Position numbers and translations under genes: made by a program. This document shows, piece after piece, positions 48,217 to 62,079 of a stretch of DNA of 64,000 nucleotides. Positions within the stretch are counted from its first letter, which is position 1. The number at the start of each line of letters is the position of its first letter. This DNA is from Escherichia coli (GTDB lineage Bacteria > Pseudomonadota > Gammaproteobacteria > Enterobacterales > Enterobacteriaceae): NCBI RefSeq assembly GCF_024700885.2, contig NZ_CP117016.1. The stretch is one strand, 5' to 3'. A model generated the notes under the pieces. The model worked only from the letters and a program-made list of their open reading frames with translations. It searched no databases and was not told the origin of the DNA.

Positions 48217-48902
48217 GTGATTTCCTTTAACCTTCGTGTCGAGCTGGCGATCATGGTAAGCGCCGCCTGCTCTGCCGCATCGCCGTCCTGATGCCGTATT
48301 GCATCGAACAGCGTCTTATGTTCCTGGAGCGTTTGCGGCATGTTGGCCTCATCGCCCATCCAGGTTCGTTCAAAAACCGCCCGCTGCAACGAACTGATCG
48401 CAATGCTAAGTTGCTGTAACACCGGGTTATGCACCGACTGCAGCACCGCCTCGTGGTAGCGAATATCCGCTTCGTTAAACGCTTCGCGGTCCTGATTGTT
48501 GGCAATCATCTCGTTCAGCGCCGATTCAATCTGCGCCAGATCGCTGGAAGTCGCGCGTTCTGCCGCCCAACGGGCAATCGCCGGTTCCACCAGGTTTCGC
48601 ACTTCGCTCATGGCACTGATAAGCCGTGGGTCGTAGTCGTTTTCCAGCACCCATTGCAGTACGTCAGTGTCGAGGTAATTCCACTGGTTACGCGGTGCCA
48701 CAAACGCGCCGCGATAACGTTTCATTTCAATCAGCCGCTTCGCCATCAGCGAACGGAACACCTCACGGATGATGTTGCGCGAGGTTGCAAACTCTTCACA
48801 GAGCTCCGCCTCAGCCGGAAGTGGAGAGCCTGGTACGTATTTGCCGTGAACGATCTGTTTACCCAGCGTAATGACAATGCGATCGGTTTTATTGAGAGTC
48901 AT
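48213..48902 (-). CDS. dgoR: GntR/FadR-family repressor of the dgo operon
   Basis: 229-aa ORF with N-terminal HTH (AEAELCEEFATSRNIIREVFRSL). Confidence 0.93.
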   Translation of the reverse strand: MTLNKTDRIVITLGKQIVHGKYVPGSPLPAEAELCEEFATSRNIIREVFRSLMAKRLIEMKRYRGAFVAPRNQWNYLDTDVLQWVLENDYDPRLISAMSEVRNLVEPAIARWAAERATSSDLAQIESALNEMIANNQDREAFNEADIRYHEAVLQSVHNPVLQQLSIAISSLQRAVFERTWMGDEANMPQTLQEHKTLFDAIRHQDGDAAEQAALTMIASSTRRLKEIT

Positions 48903-49179
48903 GGAGAGTCCTTGTGCTCTGTATGTTCTTCTCTACTTTACCCCGATCGATGCATAACGCGGCAACTTTGTAGTACCAGCGTGATGACGTTCGCGTTTGC
49001 TGTGCGTGTAATGTAGTACAAATTTATATTGTTGTACTACAATTTAGATCACAAAAAGAACAATGCATAAAAAAATGACATGCGTCGGGCAGAAATCTGA
49101 AAAGGGATGTCAGACGCTAAACAGGAGGGAAAGAAGAGTATGCTTTCAACGGCTTAGCTACTCGTTTAAAGGATTAATC

Positions 49180-49836
49180 ATGAAGTTGAATTTTAAGGGA
49201 TTTTTTAAGGCTGCCAGTTTGTGTTCTTTGGCATTTGCGTTGACCGGATGTATCACCTGGGGATTGGTTTCCAATACTGCAAGCCGTCCACATGCCGAGC
49301 AATGGCGGTCAGATACGATTAAGGGTTTATCGCTGGCAGAGGATAGTAACGGTACGAAAGGCTATGTTTTTGTTGGTGAATCGTTGGACTATCTGTTGAC
49401 CACCGGCGGCGGTGAGGTGGTTAAAATGCTGAACGATCCGGCAATTCATGGTGAAAGAATCACCGTTTCTGATAACGCGAAATTTATTTTAAGCAGCAGT
49501 AATAAGAATTTCTCTGGTGCTATTACGCTCTATTACGACTGGAACAACGAAGAAGATAAGGCACTGGCAACACAATATGGTTTTATTTGTGATACCAGCC
49601 GTTGTACATGGATGCTGGACGGCCTGAAAGGCTCTATCCACCAGAAAAATAAAAAAGCGGATTACTCAAACGTGATGGTTTTCCATCAACCCTTTACGGT
49701 GGGATTTTATGAGTACAAAGCATCAGATGGCGTTCCGCGCGGCCTCGTTAATGCGCTGCTACCAGTCACTCTTACGCTGGATATAGTAACGTCACCACTG
49801 CAGTTCGTGATTTTATGCACTACCAGAAATTGTTAA
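49180..49836 (+). CDS. yidX: Putative lipoprotein YidX
   Basis: ORF 49063..49836; start moved to [24 protein letters not shown] (lipobox), 218 aa. Confidence 0.85.
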   Translation: MKLNFKGFFKAASLCSLAFALTGCITWGLVSNTASRPHAEQWRSDTIKGLSLAEDSNGTKGYVFVGESLDYLLTTGGGEVVKMLNDPAIHGERITVSDNAKFILSSSNKNFSGAITLYYDWNNEEDKALATQYGFICDTSRCTWMLDGLKGSIHQKNKKADYSNVMVFHQPFTVGFYEYKASDGVPRGLVNALLPVTLTLDIVTSPLQFVILCTTRNC

Positions 49837-49841
49837 TCGCT

Positions 49842-49872
49842 GCGGGCAAACGCGTTTATACTGTTTGCCCGC
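49842..49872. terminator. Bidirectional hairpin terminator between convergent yidX and yidA
   Basis: GCGGGCAAAC-gcgtttatact-GTTTGCCCGC perfect 10-bp stem. Confidence 0.65.
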
Positions 49873-49879
49873 CCACAGA

Positions 49880-50692
49880 TTAATTCAACACAAACTTCTC
49901 AATAGCAAACGCGACGCCATCTTCAAGGTTGGATTTGGTGACAAAGTTCGCCACTTCTTTCACCGAAGGAATAGCGTTATCCATCGCCACACCGACGCCT
50001 GCATATTCAATCATTGCGATGTCGTTTTCCTGATCGCCAATCGCCATGATTTCTTCCGGTTTAATACCTAACACGTCGGCCAGTGATTTCACACCCGTAC
50101 CTTTGTTAACGCGTTTATCGAGGATTTCGAGGAAGTACGGCGCACTTTTCAGCACGGTATATTTCTCTTTCACTTCCTGCGGAATACGCGCGATAGCCTG
50201 GTCGAGGATGGCGGGTTCATCAATCATCATCACTTTCAGGAACTGGGTATTGGGGTCCATTTTCTCCGCTTCGCAGAACACCAGCGGAATAGTGGCAACG
50301 AAGGATTCATGCACCGTGTAGTAGCTGATATCACGGTTGGCGGTGTACAGCGTGGTGCGGTCCAGCGCGTGGAAATGAGAACCGACTTCGCGGGAGAGTT
50401 TTTCCAGGAAACGGTAGTCGTCATAGCTGAGAGCGGTTTGCGCCACGGTGCTACCATCGGCGGCCTTCTGTACCAGCGCGCCGTTATAAGTAATGCAGTA
50501 GTCGCCCGGCTGTTCCATGTGCAGCTCTTTCAGGTAATTATGAACACCTGCATAAGGGCGGCCCGTCGTCAGCACGACATTTACGCCACGGGCGCGAGCT
50601 GCGGCAATCGCATTTTTAACGGCGGGTGAAATGGTGTGATCGGGCAGCAGAAGGGTGCCATCCATATCGATAGCAATGAGTTTGATAGCCAT
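49880..50692 (-). CDS. yidA: Sugar phosphatase YidA (HAD superfamily, Cof subfamily)
   Basis: 270-aa ORF MAIKLIAIDMDGTLLLPDHTISPAVKNAIAAARARGVNVVLTTGRPY. Confidence 0.95.
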   Translation of the reverse strand: MAIKLIAIDMDGTLLLPDHTISPAVKNAIAAARARGVNVVLTTGRPYAGVHNYLKELHMEQPGDYCITYNGALVQKAADGSTVAQTALSYDDYRFLEKLSREVGSHFHALDRTTLYTANRDISYYTVHESFVATIPLVFCEAEKMDPNTQFLKVMMIDEPAILDQAIARIPQEVKEKYTVLKSAPYFLEILDKRVNKGTGVKSLADVLGIKPEEIMAIGDQENDIAMIEYAGVGVAMDNAIPSVKEVANFVTKSNLEDGVAFAIEKFVLN

Positions 50693-50806
50693 GAGTTCCC
50701 CAGGTAGATTGGTTCCTGACCCATGCTAACGCGATTCCGCTCAAAAATCAGTACAACACCCTGGGGAAAAGGGGGATGCAACGCGCGTTGCGTGCTCCCC
50801 ATTTGC

Positions 50807-51205
50807 TTAGCGGAAGAGTTTCCCTTTCAGCAGTTCCATGCCTGCGGAAAGCAGATCGTTATTGGCTTGTGGTGACACTTCACCTTGCGGTGAGAGTGCA
50901 TCAATAATCTTCGGCAATTGTTCTGCCAGTAAACTGGAAGCCGTACTGGTATCCACGCCCAGTTTTTGCCCGAGATCGGACACCGCATTTGTGCCGAGCG
51001 CCGATTCCAGTTGCTCGCCGCTAACCGATTGATTGCCCTGTTGATTACTCAGCCAGGTTGAGAGAATGGCCCCTAAGCCGCCACTTTGCAGTTTTTCCAG
51101 CAGCACCTGAATGCCGCCCTGCTCCTCAACCCAGCTCAAAATGGCCTGATATTTCCCCGCATCGCCTTTCAGAAAGGCACCGACAACTTCATCAAAAAGC
51201 CCCAT
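50807..51205 (-). CDS. yidB: Uncharacterized protein YidB (DUF937)
   Basis: ORF 50807..51214; from MGLFDEVVGAFLKGDAGKYQ it is 132 aa. Confidence 0.88.
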   Translation of the reverse strand: MGLFDEVVGAFLKGDAGKYQAILSWVEEQGGIQVLLEKLQSGGLGAILSTWLSNQQGNQSVSGEQLESALGTNAVSDLGQKLGVDTSTASSLLAEQLPKIIDALSPQGEVSPQANNDLLSAGMELLKGKLFR

Positions 51206-51280
51206 GATAATCACCTGTAAAGCGTTACGTGTTGACTCAAAAAGTATAGATCTGCGGGATGATAATTGCGGATTGCAGAA

Positions 51281-51312
51281 ATAAAAAGGGCGAAGATGAT
51301 CTCCGCCCTTTT
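51281..51312 (-). terminator. Rho-independent terminator downstream of gyrB
   Basis: Minus strand GGGCGGAGATCATCTTCGCCC followed by TTTTTATTT. Confidence 0.7.
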
Positions 51313-51325
51313 CTTATAGCTTCTT

Positions 51326-51425
51326 GCCGGATGCGGCGTTAACGTCTGATCCGGCCTACAAAATCATGCAAATTCAATATATTGCACGAGTCTCGTAGGC
51401 CTGATAAGCGTAGCGCATCAGGCAC
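51326..51425. repeat. REP/BIME element (two inverted REP palindromic units)
   Basis: GCCGGATGCGGCGTTAACGTCTGATCCGGCCTAC and inverted GTAGGCCTGATAAGCGTAGCGCATCAGGCAC match the E. coli REP consensus. Confidence 0.8.
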
Positions 51426-51444
51426 GCTCGCATTGTTAACGTCA

Positions 51445-54960
<3,516 letters not shown>

Positions 54961-54961
<1 letters not shown>

Positions 54962-56061
54962 TACAGTCTCATTGGCATGACAACATAGGCAGCCGACTGT
55001 GATGCGGCATCTTCAATCTGCACGCTGGAAACCGAATCGGTCAGCATCATGCGGACGTTTTCGCATTTCAGCGCGTTCAGAACATCCAGCACATAGCTGA
55101 CGTTGAAGCCGATTTCCATCTCCGCACCGCTATAGGTAACGTCGAGGATCTCTTCCGCTTCTTCCTGTTCCGGGTTGTTGGCGGTGATTTTCAGCTGGTT
55201 TTCGCTGACATACAGACGTACGCCGCGGAATTTCTCGTTAGAGAGAATTGCCGCGCGAGCAAACGCCTGCTTGAGGAGATCGCAACCTGCTTCCAGATGT
55301 TTGTCCGGGTTCTTCGGCAGAACGCGTCGGTAATCCGGGAAGCGACCATCCACCAGTTTCGAGGTGAAGATAAAGTCGCCAACGTGGGCGCGAATGTTGT
55401 TGCTGCCAATCTGCACGCGCAGCGGATTGTCGCCGCCGTCGAGCATACGCATCAGTTCAATCACGCCTTTACGCGGCACGATCACCGAATGGCTTGGCAA
55501 AGATTGACCAATTGGCATTGAACAGACTGCCAGACGGTGGCCGTCGGTCGCCACGGTGCGCAGTTCTTCACCTTCGGTTTCAAACAGCATACCGTTTAAG
55601 TAATAGCGAACGTCCTGATGCGCCATAGAAAACTGGGTCGCTTCAATCAGACGCTTCATCGTCGCCTGTGGCAGGGTAAATTCGACTTCGCTCTGCCAGT
55701 CATCGAGGTTCGGGAAATCTGCCGCTGGCAGGGTAGACAGCGAAAAACGGCTACGCCCGGAGCGCACCAGCATCCGCTCACCTTCCAGCTGCACGGCAAT
55801 TTCCGCGCCTTCAGGCAGACCACGGCAGATATCAAAGAATTTGCGCGCCGGAACGGTCGTCGCTCCTGGCTCGTGTGGCTGAACCAGCGCAACGCGTGCC
55901 ACCATTTCCATCTCGAGATCAGTACCGGTCAGCGACAACGTACCGTCAGCAACCTGTAACAGCAGATTACCGAGAATCGGTAGCGTAGGACGACCACCTA
56001 ACGGACCGCTCACCTGTTGTAGCGGTTTTAATAAATGCTCACGTTCTACGGTAAATTTCAT
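54961..56061 (-). CDS. dnaN: DNA polymerase III beta sliding clamp
   Basis: 366-aa [60 protein letters not shown]. Confidence 0.98.
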
Positions 56062-56065
56062 AGGT

Positions 56066-57469
56066 TTACGATGACAATGTTCTGATTAAATTTGAAAAAT
56101 CTTCTTTGATATCGTGGCTCTCTTCACGCAGCTGCTCGATCTTCCGGCAGGCATGAAGCACCGTCGTGTGGTCACGACCACCAAACGCATCGCCAATCTC
56201 CGGCAGACTGTGGTTAGTCAGCTCTTTCGCCAGCGCCATCGCCATCTGGCGCGGACGCGCCACCGAGCGGGATCGACGCTTAGAAAGGAGATCCGCGACT
56301 TTGATCTTGTAGTACTCCGCCACCGTCTTCTGAATATTGTCGATAGTGACCAGTTTTTCCTGCAATGCCAGCAAGTCGCGCAGCGCCTCACGCACGAAGT
56401 CGATGGTGATCGCCCGTCCGGTAAAGTTAGCGTTAGCAATAACGCGGTTCAGCGCGCCTTCCAGCTCACGTACGTTAGATCGTAGACGCTTGGCGATAAA
56501 GAACGCCACTTCGCCCGGCAAACGAATGTCGTTTTCGTCGGCCTTTTTCATCAGGATCGCCACGCGGGTTTCCAGCTCTGGCGGTTCGATCGCCACAGTC
56601 AGCCCCCAGCCGAAGCGGGATTTCAAACGATCCTCAACGCCGTTGATCTCTTTCGGATAGCGATCCGAGGTGAGAATGATCTGTTGATTACCTTCCAGCA
56701 GGGCGTTGAAGGTGTGGAAAAACTCTTCCTGAGATCGTTCTTTATTAGCAAAAAACTGAATATCGTCGATCAGCAGTGCATCTACGGAACGGTAGTAGCG
56801 TTTAAACTCTTCGATCGCGTTGTTTTGCAGGGCTTTTACCATGTCCTGAACAAAGCGCTCGGAGTGCATATAAACCACTTTGGCATTCGGCTTGCGCGCC
56901 ATAATGCCGTTACCCACCGCATGCAGCAGGTGAGTTTTACCCAGACCCGTGCCGCCATAAAGGAACAACGGGTTATAGGCACCGCCAGGGTTATCTGCCA
57001 CCTGGCGAGCCGCCGCGCGCGCCAGTTGGTTAGATTTACCTTCAACGAAGTTATCAAACGTGTGTTTGACGTTTACGTTAGAACGATAGGTCGGTTCTGC
57101 CGGGGCCGGGACGTTATCCCAACCTGAGCGCGTAGAAGGCGCAGCACGTTGCGGCTGCGTTTGCGCCACCTGTGCAGGGGCCGCGACGTTGCTCGTCACT
57201 GCCGCTTGTGGCGTTTGCGTCACCGGTTTGGTACCGACTTCAAAACGCAGCTGTGGGGCATCCGCTCCGCAGAAACTGGTTAGCAGTCCATTGATATTAT
57301 TAAGGTACTTGTCCCGTACCCAATCGAGGACAAAACGGTTTGGCGCGTACAGGGCCAGCGTGTTATCGCTCAGTTCCGCCTGCAATGGGCGTATCCACAT
57401 ACTGAATTCTGTGGCTGGTAACTCATCCTGCAATCGGGCAAGACACTGCTGCCAAAGCGAAAGTGACAC
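56066..57469 (-). CDS. dnaA: Chromosomal replication initiator protein DnaA
   Basis: ORF 56066..57481; start taken at the GTG giving [33 protein letters not shown] (467 aa); Walker [17 protein letters not shown]. Confidence 0.97.
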
Positions 57470-57678
57470 GGCGGACTCCACTCGAACAAAAGTCGATAAT
57501 GACTAAGGCTGAAACATTCATGATTGTTGACGTACGTCGAAAAGACCCTGCATGAGGGTGACGCACGAACCGCTGTCTGCGGTTATATGCCCGATCAAGA
57601 TCCTGCAAAACGATCGGGACCGCGGATCATAGCCTAAACTGCGCAAGAGATCTTCTGTTTCTCACAGATTTTCCCGAT

Positions 57679-57687
57679 TTATCCACA
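57679..57687. promoter_or_regulatory. DnaA box (TTATCCACA) in the dnaA promoter region (autoregulation)
   Basis: Exact consensus 9-mer about 210 bp upstream of the dnaA start. Confidence 0.75.
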
Positions 57688-58063
57688 GGACTTTCCAGAA
57701 CTCGCTAAGTGTAAACGATCCTGCCGCGAGGCGGGCACGATTTACGCCGCATATTGGAAAATTTAATGACCATAGACAAAAATTGGCTTAATCGATCTAA
57801 TAAAGATCCAGGACGATCCTTGCGCTTTACCCGTCAGCCCGTATAATCCTCCACCCGGCGCGCCATGCTGGTTTTCACTGGTGTGAGGCCGTACGTTTTC
57901 CACGCGAAAAGGTGCGGAAAAGCGCGGTAAATAAGGAAAGAGAATTGACTCCGGAGTGTACAATTATTACAATCCGGCCTCTTTAATCACCCATGGCTTC
58001 GGTGTCCATCGTTTCATTTTTCGGCGGATATCCAATAAAGCCATTGAATTTATTCAAGTTTAG

Positions 58064-58216
<153 letters not shown>

Positions 58217-58232
58217 TAAAGCTAACCCCTGA

Positions 58233-58592
58233 GTGGTTAAGCTCGCATTTCCCAGGGAGTTACGCTTGTTAACTCCCAGTCAATTCACATTCGTCTTCCA
58301 GCAGCCACAACGGGCTGGCACGCCGCAAATTACCATTCTCGGCCGCCTGAATTCGCTGGGGCATCCCCGTATCGGTCTTACAGTCGCCAAGAAAAACGTT
58401 CGACGCGCCCATGAACGCAATCGGATTAAACGTCTGACGCGTGAAAGCTTCCGTCTGCGCCAACATGAACTCCCGGCTATGGATTTCGTGGTGGTGGCGA
58501 AAAAAGGGGTTGCCGACCTCGATAACCGTGCTCTCTCGGAAGCGTTGGAAAAATTATGGCGCCGCCACTGTCGCCTGGCTCGCGGGTCCTGA
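58233..58592 (+). CDS. rnpA: RNase P protein component
   Basis: 119-aa ORF with GTG start; [39 protein letters not shown]... Confidence 0.95.
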
Positions 58593-58813
58593 TAGCCCTC
58601 ATTCGGGTCTATCAACGCCTGATTAGTCCGCTACTCGGGCCGCATTGTCGTTTCACTCCAACCTGTTCAAGCTACGGAATTGAGGCATTGCGCAGGTTTG
58701 GAGTGATAAAAGGCAGTTGGTTGACGGTGAAACGCGTATTAAAATGCCACCCTTTACACCCTGGTGGTGACGATCCCGTCCCGCCCGGACCATTTGATAC
58801 CAGAGAACACTAA
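58556..58813 (+). CDS. yidD: Membrane protein insertion efficiency factor YidD
   Basis: 85-aa ORF overlapping rnpA 3' end; conserved [15 protein letters not shown] motif. Confidence 0.93.
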
Positions 58814-58815
58814 CG

Positions 58816-60462
58816 ATGGATTCGCAACGCAATCTTTTAGTCATCGCTTTGCTGTTCGTGTCTTTCATGATCTGGCAAGCCTGGGAGCAGGATAAAAACC
58901 CGCAACCTCAGGCCCAACAGACCACGCAGACAACGACCACCGCAGCGGGTAGCGCCGCCGACCAGGGCGTACCGGCCAGTGGCCAGGGGAAACTGATCTC
59001 GGTTAAGACCGACGTGCTTGATCTGACCATCAACACCCGTGGTGGTGATGTTGAGCAAGCTCTGCTGCCTGCTTACCCGAAAGAGCTGAACTCTACCCAG
59101 CCGTTCCAGCTGCTGGAAACTTCACCGCAGTTTATTTATCAGGCACAGAGCGGTCTGACCGGTCGTGATGGCCCGGATAATCCGGCTAACGGCCCGCGTC
59201 CGCTGTATAACGTTGAAAAAGACGCTTATGTGCTGGCTGAAGGTCAAAACGAACTGCAGGTGCCGATGACGTATACCGACGCGGCAGGCAACACGTTTAC
59301 CAAAACGTTTGTCCTGAAACGTGGTGATTACGCTGTCAACGTCAACTACAACGTGCAGAACGCTGGCGAGAAACCGCTGGAGATCTCCACCTTTGGTCAG
59401 TTGAAGCAATCCATCACTCTGCCACCGCATCTCGATACCGGAAGCAGCAACTTCGCACTGCACACCTTCCGCGGCGCGGCGTACTCCACGCCTGACGAGA
59501 AGTACGAGAAATACAAGTTCGATACCATTGCCGATAACGAAAACCTGAACATCTCTTCGAAAGGTGGTTGGGTGGCAATGCTGCAACAGTATTTCGCGAC
59601 GGCGTGGATCCCGCATAACGACGGAACCAATAACTTCTATACCGCTAATCTGGGTAATGGCATCGCCGCTATCGGCTACAAGTCTCAGCCGGTACTGGTT
59701 CAGCCTGGTCAGACTGGCGCGATGAACAGCACCCTGTGGGTTGGCCCGGAAATCCAGGACAAAATGGCAGCTGTTGCTCCGCACCTGGATCTGACCGTTG
59801 ATTACGGTTGGTTGTGGTTCATCTCTCAGCCGCTGTTCAAACTGCTGAAATGGATCCATAGCTTTGTGGGTAACTGGGGCTTCTCCATTATCATCATCAC
59901 CTTTATCGTTCGTGGCATCATGTACCCGCTGACCAAAGCGCAGTACACCTCCATGGCGAAGATGCGTATGCTGCAGCCGAAGATTCAGGCAATGCGTGAG
60001 CGTCTGGGCGATGACAAACAGCGTATCAGTCAGGAAATGATGGCGCTGTACAAAGCTGAGAAGGTTAACCCGCTGGGCGGCTGCTTCCCGCTGCTGATCC
60101 AGATGCCAATCTTCCTGGCGTTGTACTACATGCTGATGGGTTCCGTTGAACTGCGTCAGGCACCGTTTGCACTGTGGATCCACGACCTGTCTGCACAGGA
60201 CCCGTACTACATCCTGCCGATCCTGATGGGCGTAACGATGTTCTTCATTCAGAAGATGTCGCCGACCACCGTGACCGACCCGATGCAGCAGAAGATCATG
60301 ACCTTTATGCCGGTCATCTTCACCGTGTTCTTCCTGTGGTTCCCGTCAGGTCTGGTGCTGTACTATATCGTCAGCAACCTGGTAACCATTATTCAGCAGC
60401 AGCTGATTTACCGTGGTCTGGAAAAACGTGGCCTGCATAGCCGCGAGAAGAAAAAATCCTGA
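58816..60462 (+). CDS. yidC: Membrane protein insertase YidC
   Basis: 548-aa [38 protein letters not shown]... Confidence 0.98.
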
Positions 60463-60567
60463 TTCGGTGAGTTTTCGCTAAAATAAGGGCGGTCAGTTGA
60501 CCGCCTTTTTTCTTTTCGTAGGGCGGATAAGCACCGCGCATCCGCCACACAAAGCAACAGGAACATC

Positions 60568-61932
60568 ATGAGCGATAATGACACTATCGTAGCCCAGGCC
60601 ACGCCTCCGGGACGTGGCGGCGTTGGCATCCTGCGCATCTCCGGCCTCAAAGCCCGTGAAGTTGCCGAAACCGTGCTGGGTAAACTGCCTAAGCCGCGCT
60701 ACGCCGATTATCTTCCGTTTAAAGACGCCGACGGCAGCGTGCTCGATCAGGGGATTGCGCTATGGTTCCCTGGCCCGAACTCGTTCACCGGCGAAGATGT
60801 GCTTGAACTGCAGGGTCATGGCGGTCCGGTGATCCTCGACCTGCTGTTAAAACGCATTCTGACCATTCCCGGCCTGCGGATTGCCCGCCCTGGTGAGTTT
60901 TCCGAACGCGCGTTTCTTAACGATAAACTCGACTTAGCCCAGGCCGAGGCGATTGCGGATCTTATCGACGCCAGTTCGGAACAGGCGGCCCGTTCGGCAC
61001 TTAACTCGCTGCAAGGCGCATTCTCCGCACGGGTCAACCATCTGGTGGAAGCCCTCACCCACTTGCGCATTTACGTCGAAGCGGCAATTGATTTCCCTGA
61101 TGAAGAGATCGATTTCCTCTCCGACGGCAAAATTGAAGCCCAGCTCAATGACGTGATTGCCGATCTTGATGCAGTGCGTGCTGAAGCACGTCAGGGTAGT
61201 TTGTTGCGCGAAGGGATGAAGGTGGTGATTGCCGGACGTCCTAACGCCGGTAAATCGAGCCTGTTAAACGCGCTGGCGGGGCGTGAAGCAGCAATCGTAA
61301 CTGATATCGCCGGAACCACACGTGACGTGCTGCGTGAGCATATCCACATTGACGGAATGCCGCTGCATATCATCGATACCGCCGGGCTACGTGAAGCCAG
61401 TGACGAAGTGGAACGTATTGGTATCGAGCGTGCGTGGCAGGAAATTGAACAGGCCGACCGCGTACTGTTTATGGTCGATGGCACCACGACAGACGCCGTT
61501 GATCCGGCAGAGATCTGGCCGGAATTTATCGCCCGTCTGCCAGCGAAACTGCCGATCACCGTGGTGCGCAATAAAGCCGATATCACCGGCGAAACGCTGG
61601 GAATGAGTGAAGTGAACGGTCACGCGTTAATTCGTCTCTCGGCAAGGACTGGCGAAGGCGTGGACGTGCTGCGTAACCATCTCAAACAGAGCATGGGCTT
61701 TGACACCAACATGGAAGGCGGCTTCCTGGCGCGTCGTCGTCACCTACAGGCGCTGGAACAAGCGGCGGAACATCTACAACAGGGCAAAGCGCAACTGTTG
61801 GGAGCCTGGGCAGGTGAACTGCTGGCGGAAGAGTTGCGCCTGGCACAGCAGAACTTAAGCGAGATCACCGGGGAATTTACTTCTGATGACCTGCTGGGGC
61901 GGATTTTCTCCAGCTTCTGTATTGGTAAGTAA
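60568..61932 (+). CDS. mnmE: tRNA modification GTPase MnmE (TrmE)
   Basis: 454-aa [29 protein letters not shown]... with G-domain [14 protein letters not shown] and C-terminal CIGK. Confidence 0.98.
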
Positions 61933-61956
61933 CTCGTCTAAATTGATATAAAGGGC

Positions 61957-62009
61957 ACTGTTCCGTTCTGGGGAAACTAACTATCAGAACGGAACAGCGC
62001 TTGTTTTTT
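61957..62009 (+). terminator. Rho-independent terminator downstream of mnmE
   Basis: CACTGTTCCGTTCTG-loop-CAGAACGGAACAG followed by CGCTTGTTTTTT. Confidence 0.75.
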
Positions 62010-62079
62010 ATGAGCATCCTGCACCAAAACTGCCTTTGCTACTGGCTGGAGCGACTTTAAACACCTTGCAGTCCTGTCT